A stretch of 64,000 nt of DNA, taken from assembly GCA_013239625.1 (NCBI GenBank), contig MU054001.1, positions 6,187,078-6,251,077 of the forward strand. Reading direction: 5' to 3'. Origin of the DNA: Lama guanicoe (lineage: Eukaryota). Within the stretch, counting starts at the first letter, position 1, and every line of letters begins with the position of its first letter. Made by a program: the position numbers and the translations under genes. The notes under the pieces were generated by a model. That model saw only the letters and a list, made by a program, of their open reading frames with translations. It was not told the origin of the DNA and did no database searches. This document shows, piece by piece, positions 54,846 to 64,000 of the stretch.

Positions 54846-55429
54846 TTTTGCTTCCCTTTAGAGTAATTTTAATGTAAATAAAGGTTGATGGTTATTAGAA
54901 AGAAAGGCGCAGGTCAGTCTGAATTGTCTTCTATGTCTCCCGCTCTGACCAAGCCATTTCTGTCGGTTACAGAATTTCCTCAGCGGTGACATAAATGTGT
55001 GTGGTAGGTACCTCGGCGAGGCCGTAGCAGACAACAAAGAGAACGTTCCTGAGATGCACTGTGCTAATAGTAACAATGGTAGTAGTAAGTCAGGAAACAC
55101 AGGGAAGGACTCTGGGAGATGGCTGTGCACAGACCCCAGGGCGAGGGCTGAGACCCTCACATCGCTGGGCTGAGACCAGGTCCAGAGCCCGCCTGGTGCT
55201 GCGAGAGGAGGGAAACTAGAAAACGCCAAGGTCTGATGGGTTGGGAACCTCTAACTTCAGGGTTACTGCTTCCTGCTGCTGCGTGACAGAGACCTAAGGG
55301 CGTTTGCATACAAAGCATTAAAATAATCAGGGTGGAATAGATCAAAGCCAATCTTTCTTTCCCAAATCTAAGAAAAAACCAGAACATTTAGGCAGCCAGA
55401 CCTATTCAGAAGGGCAGCCCAGTCGTTTA

Positions 55430-56950
55430 CTCACCCTCTTCACCAGCAATCAACCATTGTTTAAGCACACGCCACGTGCCAGGCACCCCGTTGTGTGCTA
55501 GGTACTCAAGGAGAAATAGCAGAAACAAGTTCCCTGCTTCCCCTAGAGCTTTCTTTCTAGTGTAAGGCTGTCTTTTTTTTTTTTTTTAAGACAGCTTTAT
55601 TGAGATATAATTCACATACAGTACAATTCACCCATTTTGGGGATACATTCAGTGGCTTTTTATTTATTCATGGAGCTATTCAACCATAACCACAATCTAT
55701 TTTAGAGCATTTTCATTACATGAAAAGGTAGTGTAAGGCTTTAAGGAGTTAATCGTTTAGTCAGTTACTGAGTTACAGTTGTGATCATCGCGTCTACTTC
55801 TCTGGAAGAACAAGGCAGGTAACAGGAGCTCTCTGGTCCTGGGGCTCCACGTGGCTTGGCTCTCTGCAAAGTGACATTTGACTTGGGAGCTGACGGAAGA
55901 AGAGGAGATAGCCAGGCAAAGGGAGTGCAGTGAGGGAAGGTGGAGAAAACGGGAACAAAGGCTTAAAAGAGGAAGGCAGTTAGGAGCCCAGCACTGAAGT
56001 CCAGCTGCAAGGTGATGACGGCCCAGGTTTGGGTGTAGGCAGTCGTGAGCGCGGTGGGCTGATGCAAGCTTTTTCAGGACCTGAATTGAAAGACCTTGAT
56101 AATTGATAAGACTGTGGAGGTGGTGAATCCCAAATGCACCCGCACAACTGGGAATACAGGGTATGGAAGGAAACCTGGAAGAAAACCAGGATTCTAGGAT
56201 TTGGGAGAGCGATCATTACAGGTTCAGTAATGGATATTCGGATAATGAAGTGTTTACAGACTGAGCTGTCAAACAGGTAGTTGAACGTGAGTCTGATGTC
56301 CAAGGTGAGATCTGGGCTGAAGAGACAAACACAAGGGTCACCTTTGTGGGCAGGATGTTGACCCTTGGTATCTGGCAAGCAGGAGCACCCCCGGGAGAAA
56401 CAACAGAGTAGAAAAGGGGGCCTTGGGTGAAGCCAAGGAGAATGCCAACATTTTAATGGTGGGGAGAGGAGGCGGAGCCATTAAAAGGGGCTGAGAAAGA
56501 GCTGCCAGAGAGGAGTGCAGTGACCTGGAAATTATGGGAAGATGGTGTTTTAACCCCAGAGGCTATTTGTTTAAACACTGCTGAGAGATGAGCCCTAAAA
56601 AAATGTCCTTTGGACTTGGTGATATGAAAATTACTGAGGACCTTAGTAAAAGTCATTTCAGTAACAGCCAGGGAGGTGAAAAACAGAACATATGTTTTGG
56701 GAAATTTGGCTTGAATAGGAGGAGAAAGATGGTGTGGATGAAAGGCCATAGGGCGTGAGGGAGCAACGTTTGTTTTAAGGTGGGAGGGAGGTAAGCAAAA
56801 CGTAATGCCAACAAGAAAGACTCAGTGGAGAGTAGGAAAAAAGGTGTTGACTGATAGGTGAGGTGCCTGAGGAGACAGGAGGAGGTGAGCTCCCAGCACA
56901 GCTGCAGGGCTGGCCTTAGCCTGAAGGGAAACTTGCTTCTGCTCCCAGGA
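55430..56950 (-). mobile_element. L2 fragments, interrupted by an L1 3' end
   Basis: caaccattgtttaagcacacgccacgtgccaggcacc; gtcctttggacttggtgatatgaaaattactgaggaccttag. Confidence 0.68.
55570..55728 (-). mobile_element. Short L1 (L1MB-like) 3' end with 12-bp TSD
   Basis: T-tail then acagctttattgagatataattcacatac; TSD tagtgtaaggct at 55558-55569 and 55729-55740. Confidence 0.88.
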
Positions 56951-57104
56951 GCCCAAAGCAAACCTTGGTTTCATCTGTAGCCAAGAATGAACCCACCCCG
57001 CATTGGGAGCAGAGACAGTGTTCTCAGAAAGCCTCTCTGGGCACAGTGTGACTCTTCACTGTGCACTGGGTGTGGGAAGAGAGCTCTTCTTGCTCCCACC
57101 CCAG

Positions 57105-57130
57105 ACACACACACACACACACACACACAC
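57105..57130. repeat. (CA)n microsatellite
   Basis: acacacacac run. Confidence 0.93.
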
Positions 57131-57229
57131 TCATTAAACACGTGTTTTGGAGACAGGAACCCCCTAGGAGACCCTACCTCTACTTCCTGCCTAAAGGCTT
57201 TTCCTTGCACAGCTGAGACCTCAGTTTAT

Positions 57230-57519
57230 TTATTTATTTATTTATTTATTTATTTGACATGTAGTTGATTTATAATGTGTTAATTTCTGGTGTATAGCAT
57301 AGTGATTCAGTTGGAGATATATATACATAGATATATTCCTTTTCTTATTCTTTTCGTTACAGGCTATTCCAATGTACTGAATATAGTTCCCTGTGCTCTA
57401 TAGTAAGTCCCTGTGGTTTATCTATTTTATATATGGTAGTTAGTATCTGCTAATTCTGAACTCCCAATTTATCTCTCCGCTCCTCCTTTCCCCCCTGATA
57501 ACCATAAGTTTGTCTTCTA
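57230..57519 (-). mobile_element. L1 3'UTR fragment with (TTTA)n tail and 16-bp TSD
   Basis: TSD tgagacc(t/c)cagtttat at 57214-57229 and 57520-57535; gtagttgatttataatgtg...ataaccataagtttg. Confidence 0.9.
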
Positions 57520-58319
57520 TGAGACCCCAGTTTATACCTCACACTTCAAAACCCTTTCTCCCTTCCTCCTGCTCTCAGAGTTGGGATTGTCCCTCCTTCA
57601 CCTTCTGGGGATAATAATAAATGGCCAGGTCCCATGGGCAGGCCAACTGGGACATAATAAGCAGGAAAAGGAAGGTCAGAAATGCAGTACCACTCCAGAG
57701 AGGTAATGCATGGGTCACTGCAAGTCATCATCTTCCCAAAGGCAACAAGACAGGCACTAAAAGAACAGTGGCAGTAGAGGAGAGAAGTGGCTTTCCTCCT
57801 CCCCGCCCCCCTCACCTCCCACCCCCACCTCATCTGGTGGTGGCGGCGGGGAGGGGGGTTGTCCCCTCTCTCTAGTCCGAGTGCAGGTGGAATGACCTTT
57901 GCTGCAGCCCCAGAGATGTCGGTGGGGGCGAGGACTGAGCCAGGCCTTGGGCCACTGCTCTAGATGGAGGGGAACCACCCCAGAGCCAGGACTCAATTAT
58001 TCTGAGGGTAAAATGGGATGATGGCTGAAAAAGGTCCTTGACCAGGGATGAATGTTGTCATGAATCATTAAATGTTGGAAGGATGTGGCAAAGGTTCACA
58101 TAGACGCCTAGCCTGTGTGGGAGCTTTGGGCAAAGGCTGAGTGGTCTCTGTTCTAATGCCAACATAGACATATTAAAATCAGGCTCCCCTCTGTACAAAA
58201 ATCCAAATCTTGAATACAGTTAAAACTCCATTTTATAGATTGTGTAATGGAATAACTACTGTGCAGACCTATTTATAGATAGCAAGCAGCCTTTAATAAA
58301 GACATAACTGTATCTTCTT

Positions 58320-58530
58320 TTGTATATGTATTTTTTTATTTAAGTATAGTCAGTTTACAATGTTGTGTCAATTTCTGGTGTACAGCACAAGGCTTCAGTC
58401 ATACATGAACATACATATATATATTTGTTTTCATATTCTTTCTCACCGTAAGTTACTACAAGATACTGAGTACAGTTCCCTGTGCTGTACAGCATGAACT
58501 TGTTGTTTATCTATTTAATGTATGTTATAC
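58320..58530 (-). mobile_element. L1 3' end, very similar to the 3' end of the NSUN6/half-L1 element
   Basis: tatagtcagtttacaatgttgtgtcaatttctggtgtacagcacaa is identical to the stretch starting at ~25189. Confidence 0.88.
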
Positions 58531-58639
58531 ACACTGTATATTAAAGTGTCATGCTCGTCAGTGCCCTTTCTCAGGGACCACACAGGTCTTCTCCACAGTG
58601 ACCCTCGGAGATGTGGAGGGTCACTACTGCTTGCCTTCC

Positions 58640-59228
58640 TGTTGCTGAAAGATCGGCCCCATCCCTGATGAGCCAAATAACACAGACACTGGGTCTTGGA
58701 GCTTAGAAGAAAAGAGGCAGCTTTATTGCTTTTCCAGGCAAAGAGGACTTACAGCAGGCTAGTGCCTTCAAAGCTGTGAGCCCGTCTTAGGGTTGGGGCT
58801 TAGTGATTATATTGTGAACAAACTAGGGTGTAAAAGGGGATATCAATCAACAAGAGTCTCTGGTGAAGCTTCCTCCTAAGTCTGTCCAGCATCAGGGGAC
58901 CATCCGGGGGTCTGGAGGGTCATCAGCCTGCGACCTTCTTTATCTGATCAGACTCATCAGGCACCAGGAGGGACTTCAGAGGGTCTGGTCATTCTGAGAG
59001 CAACGTCCCATGACTCCCTTCCTGGGGGAATGACTCAGAATCCAAACATGACTGTTAATTTCAATTGCCAGAGTAAGGTGAAACAAACAGGGAAGTCAAT
59101 AACTTCAGCTTTAACAGTAGGCCCGGGGCTGGGAGCAGTGTCTGGTCAGTCAGGTCTGCTGATCGTTCTAAAAGCAAGCAGTCAGCATAGAGCCAAGAAT
59201 TAGCCTGAGCGCGGCCATTTTATTATTT
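58640..59228 (-). mobile_element. ERV1-class solo LTR
   Basis: Starts tgttgctgaaag; gcagctttattgcttttccaggcaaagagg carries an antisense AATAAA in typical LTR context. Confidence 0.65.
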
Positions 59229-60553
59229 CTCCTTCCCTCCTGCTGATGGGAGGAGGAGGAGCCACAGGAGGCCTACAGATGAACGTCTGTTTCCCTCAGT
59301 GAGTGCTGTACACTGCTGCCTTGAGTCTCTTAGCTAAAGGAGCAAGGGAAAACTTCACTGGCATAATGTATTTTAACCAAACAGTGGCCAACGAAACTCT
59401 GTCAAGGATATGGGGCACCGGGCCAAAAGTAGAAAGAATCGTGTCGAGATCTCCGCCACCCCCACAGCAGAGAAAATTCATGGCACTGCCCTGGATACAA
59501 CTGAGAGAGCAGCTCAACTAACTGCTGACTCTGCTAGTTTTAGCTATTTACTTCCCTGTTAGACGGAAGTTGAAAAATCGCTTGTATTATTAATTTGCGT
59601 AAAACCTTCCAGCTTCAGGAGGACTCTAAAGCTAATTTTACAGAGCCAAGTCGGCAATTCTCAGCTTTTTGCTTTCAAGTGACAATGGTCATTCGTCAGT
59701 GTTGTCATAAACATCGAGCTTCCAATTTTTCACCTTTCATTTTCTAGGTGAGATAAACACGTGCAGGTTTACTGAACTTCTCTAACTCTCACTCATGGCA
59801 CAATAGTGCATAAAACTGCCCAAACAGCCCTGAGTCCCTTTCCGACTTTCAGACAACTGGACAGTTACATCTCCCTGTGGGGAAATCCCCATTCACAGTA
59901 AATATGTATTATCTACTCTCTCTTCTGTCAGTCAAGAAGCATTTATTCAGCTTCTGCTGCAAATTTGGCACTGCAGTGGGTAGTGGGCGGAGATACCCAA
60001 TTTATTTAGCCTTTATTGAGTGCCCGGCCTCAGCGGGCTGATATTTCATCTAAGGAAAGCACTGGCCTCAGGAAATGATGAATGCACCAGTGGATAACCC
60101 GTATTCTCTAATTGTATGGAATTACATGGCATCTTTGCGCTTTCCAAGATGGAGACCAGTAGGAAGGGAAGGGGACACGAGGATGGAAGAACTGAACCAG
60201 AGAGGTGAGGGGAAGTACATTTCAGGCAAGGGGACCACATTTGGGTCTGTTTCAAAGACCATGATTTGCCTGGACAGACTCAAAAAGGCAGACAACAAGA
60301 AGCCATTGCAGGTTTATTCACAAGAGGAACACGGTGTTTACAGACATTCAGTTTTGCGATGGCCGGAAGGGAACAGATAATTAGACCTGAGTCCTGAAAT
60401 GGGACAGGTGAAGGATATACAGTCAGACAAAGTATTCAACAGGCAGAAAGCAGCTCTCTCATCCCTTCCAGTGGACGAACCAGAAGAACAAAATAACCCC
60501 AAAGGATATTTGGGATATAAGAGGGAGGGGAAAAACATTAATTCAGAGCGTAT

Positions 60554-61011
60554 TATAATGGAGTGGGACCCTGTGGGGCCTTTCAGTGACAGACGCCTCC
60601 CCCATACCCTCTGCTGCAGCTCCTCTCTGAAGCACCCAGATAATAGTATCTCATGTAGATTTCCTGAGTTTTTCAGATGCTAAAAACCACCACCAAAGGG
60701 AAGCAATGAACTACTTGATGATGGAGAGCATGTGGCCCCCAGACCTCCTGGCGCCTAGGGATTGACAGTGTTGACCGCCCTGTTACCTCAGCATCAACCA
60801 GTCAGAGAACTGTGCACAGCTGATCACCCCCTCCCTTACCTGGCCTTTGAAAATGTTTTGCTGACACCCTCCGGGGAGTTTGGGTTTTCTTGGGCATGAG
60901 CCTCCCCGTTCTCCTTGCTTGGCCCTGAAATAAACCTTTCTCTGCTCCAAACGTCGATGTTTCAGTTTGGCCTCATGGTGCGGCAGGCACAGGAACTTGC
61001 CTTCCGTAACA
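60554..61011 (+). mobile_element. ERV1-class solo LTR, complete
   Basis: T(a)taatgg...aataaacctttctctgc...gtaaca with near-TSD gtat/ttat; homologous to 54267-54605. Confidence 0.85.
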
Positions 61012-61920
61012 TTATCAGGTAGAAGCCATCCTGCAGTTTGCTCTCGAGTTCCTTCAGGGATTCTTGACTCCCCAGGGTAGCATCCTTTCTGTCCTACAGC
61101 AGCAAGACAAAGACACGTACCTTATTAACTGCTTATAAAATCAGGTCACTATTCTTTTTCACGGGGGCCCAGAACTGGGGAAAGTGTACCATGGGCTGTA
61201 ATTTGAAAGTAAAAAGTACCCTCCCTCACAGATAATGTGCACTTCCAGGCCGTCCTGGGTTAGATGCTGGATATCTGGATTTGAAAAAACCATTCCCCAT
61301 GGATACAACCCACCCTATTTCAAAAACCACCGATCTAGCCAGTATCTCCAATAACCTTGGGAAGTGGGCTAGAGCCTGGGAGAGGCTCGCTCTGGGGTCC
61401 TTCCAGGGCCTGGCTATGTCTCACTGCCCACCTCCCCTGGCCCCGCTGCAGTGTCCATAAGGAGTTTCAGCTCCAGGCAGGGCCTCACCAGGACTGGGGA
61501 AGGGGCACAGGTAGAAAAGCTTCTGTCTCATCCCCTCCTGCTCTGGCATACACGTGCTATAGTTTGATCCAAATCCAGGGTTTGTTCTCAAATCTTAAAA
61601 TGGGAAGAGATGTTTACAAGCCCTACTGAGCCTGTCAATTAAATGTACCACGTCCACGGGAATTTTGGCCTAGGGAAGTACCTGCCTGAAAGACAACCCC
61701 CCAGGTCTCCTGGGTTCTAAGGAGAGCCGTCCTTAGTTGGGCTGGGGACTCCGTTAAGGGTCAGGGAGGGAGGATGCGATGCAGCAGAAGCCAAAGCAGC
61801 AGAAATGGAAGAAAGTTTTGATTCTTCTGTGTTTACAACAAAGAGGATTCTCCCTCCCCTGAGGACACTATCTCAGACTTGCTTTTCCTTAGCCATTATA
61901 AGCATTAAAAAAGATAGGTG

Positions 61921-61947
61921 GAGATAGATAGATAGATAGATAGATAG
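61921..61947. repeat. (GATA)n microsatellite
   Basis: gagatagatagatagatagatagatag. Confidence 0.93.
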
Positions 61948-62004
61948 TTAAAAAATAAAATAAACCAAAACCAGCTGTTTAAGAAGGTGAGCAAATGAGC
62001 AGGG

Positions 62005-62195
62005 AGGTAAGAGCCCAGATCTGAAATCATGCAGGTCTTGATTCTGACCCTGGCTCTGCCCCTGAGTTTGCACACACTGTTTAACCTCTCAGCTACTCAG
62101 TTTCCTCATCTGTGAAGTGGGTACAGTAACAGCACCTTCTTCATAGAGTTAGTGTTAGGGTTAATGAGATAAATTATTCAAAAAGCTTAGCAGAG
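62005..62195 (+). mobile_element. MIR SINE
   Basis: tttaacctctcagctactcagtttcctcatctgtgaagtggg...ttcatagagttagtgttagggttaatgagata. Confidence 0.8.
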
Positions 62196-62889
62196 GTGGA
62201 GTCAAAACTGGATATTGTGGGAAGTTATCCCAGATAAACCTATAAGCAAGCTCTGGGTAGGATCCCAGGGAAGTCTCCTTGGGCACCTGGTTCCTTGGCC
62301 TTTCAGTCACCTCCTGGGGCAGCTTCCTGCGGTCTGAGACCTGAGCCGTAAACCATGTTCTCTCTTTGCCCCATTTATGATTTTGTAATTACAGACTGTG
62401 AGGCAGGCAGACAAGCAGTCCCCACTTCCTGCTGAGGAGTTTCTCCTGGTTCAAACCAGATGAGCACCAAGGCCACTGGGGTCCTGGTACTGGGGACAGA
62501 AAGATGTCAGATTCTGAAGCCAGAGTAAGAAGGCAATGGGACTTGGCTGTTGGTGACGAGGGCTGTTAAGTATGACCACAGGTTTGGGGATAATGGGGAT
62601 GCCACAGAGAAGGGACGCTGTAGCCACGACTGGGAAGGACAGACAAGCTCTACATCATTTGGGTTTGGTGAAAGATGGTAGGACAGATGAGTGGACACGT
62701 CCCGTGGACAAACAGAGATACAGTGTATATATATGTATATATAAGTGAGTTATGAGGACAGAGGTGGTATTAAGGGAAGGGAATGCAGGCAGTCTTTGAA
62801 GGACAGCACTTGGCAACACAGGGAGTGAAAGTTTAAAGTGCACACACTTACGTAAATGGAAGATGGGCTGAGAAAATGGCAGAGCTGAA

Positions 62890-63055
62890 GGGACCGTTGC
62901 AAAAATCTAGCCTAACTCAGTCACCTAAGGGTAGAGACACTGAGGTTCAGAGAGCATGAGTGATTTGTCAAGTGGTCCACAACATCCAGAAAATGGGAAA
63001 TCAGGGGACTGAGACCAAGCTCTGCGACTGCCAGTGCTTGTACTTTCCCACAGTT
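62890..63055 (-). mobile_element. MIR SINE fragment
   Basis: gagacactgaggttcagagagcatgagtgatttgtcaagtggtccacaac. Confidence 0.7.
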
Positions 63056-63356
63056 CTAAGCAGGAGACCAGGAAATAGCTGTGTGCAAGGTGAACGTTAA
63101 TTCATGCTGAACACCAGAATGAAACTGGCTTCTAAATTGGGGTAAAATAAACCTATGAGTCAAGGAATTATGAACACTAAAAAAGTAAATATCCTTTGTC
63201 CTTTAATACAGGTCAATGAGAAGCAACAGCAAAAAAAGCAAAGCCAGAAAAATACTTTAACATGAAATGGAATCTCTTTAACTAAGGGCTGATTAATGAT
63301 TTCAAGGGCTGGAGAATCCTTCCCTGACTGTTTTTTGTTTTGTTTTGTTTTTTCAG

Positions 63357-63530
63357 AATAAGGAAATGGCAGGAAGAAAAGGAATCAGTTTTGCTCCTTT
63401 TCAGCCCAGAGTCGTGCAGGAAGTTGACCCGAAGGAAAACTTGATTGCGCCGCCAAACATCGAGGTCACAACCATGATGTCGTATGCGCAATATCGCCAT
63501 CAAAACACAATCAAATCTGAAGAGCTGAAA
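63357..63530 (+). other. Candidate exon (174 nt, open in phase 0), gene unknown
   Basis: ctgac branch-like motif, long T-rich tract and CAG before 63357; AAA|GTGTGT donor-like site after 63530; 58 open codons; several retained CpGs. Confidence 0.3.
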
Positions 63531-64000
63531 GTGTGTATTGCATGAAAGATTTCTGATTACAGCACCCACTTTCAGGCTCAGAAAACAAACACTTCTCTAA
63601 ATGATCCCAACCCCTTCTGAGCCTCTCATCTTTGCTGGTGGCTCAGCCGGTGTTTGAACCAAAATTGCCACTTAAACCTGCCCCTGCAGTTTACTGTACT
63701 GAGAGCACAAGATGGGAGAGTTAATTATCCACCTCACATTGTATTTCTCTCCAAACCCAGGAACATGGCAGGGTGGACACTTGATGGTGAGTGACTGATG
63801 TTTCCTTATTCTCACTTTATTTTGGGCTCAAAAGGAGAGTACAATACACTCATGTTGTGAATGTCTGTGCTTATTTGGTAACTTTCAGTGCGTTCAGCAA
63901 GATGGAACTGGGACCTGTCTTTCTGGCAGATGGATGTGCCTCAGGTAATCTTGTTGAAGGAAGGAGGAGGATTAAGCCAGATCCCAGATTTAATGTTTCT

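Noticed and set aside
54267..61011. Two same-family, same-strand LTRs ~6.3 kb apart as a possible intact provirus
   Set aside because: The interval holds L2, SINE, L1 ends and another LTR, with no PBS or gag/pol seen, and the second LTR has its own near-TSD. These are independent solo LTRs.

Overview
Repeat-dense mammalian genomic DNA, most likely from a camelid, judged from two tRNA-derived SINEs that look like Vic-1 and from the L1 types. I found no intact protein-coding gene; nearly all ORFs in the track are chance frames or decayed L1 ORF1/ORF2 pieces. The window holds nested L1s of several ages, MaLR/ERVL/ERV1 LTRs, a split ERV-L internal region (gag, protease, dUTPase), L2/MIR/MER5 fossils, microsatellites and a 5'-truncated TSPAN5 processed pseudogene. 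The main finding is a 2,443-bp minus-strand composite retro-insertion at 25176-27618. It is bounded by a perfect 17-bp target-site duplication at a canonical TTTT/AA L1-endonuclease site. It consists of a 130-nt leader, intronless NSUN6 coding sequence, a ~30-nt linker, and a 'half-L1' (partial 5'UTR, ORF1, spacer and 3'UTR, with ORF2 deleted). This looks like the retrocopy of a host-promoter-driven NSUN6/HAL1-type chimeric transcript and may represent a non-autonomous retrotransposon family. Repeat family names come from my recall of consensus sequences, not from a database search, and the boundaries of old repeats are approximate.
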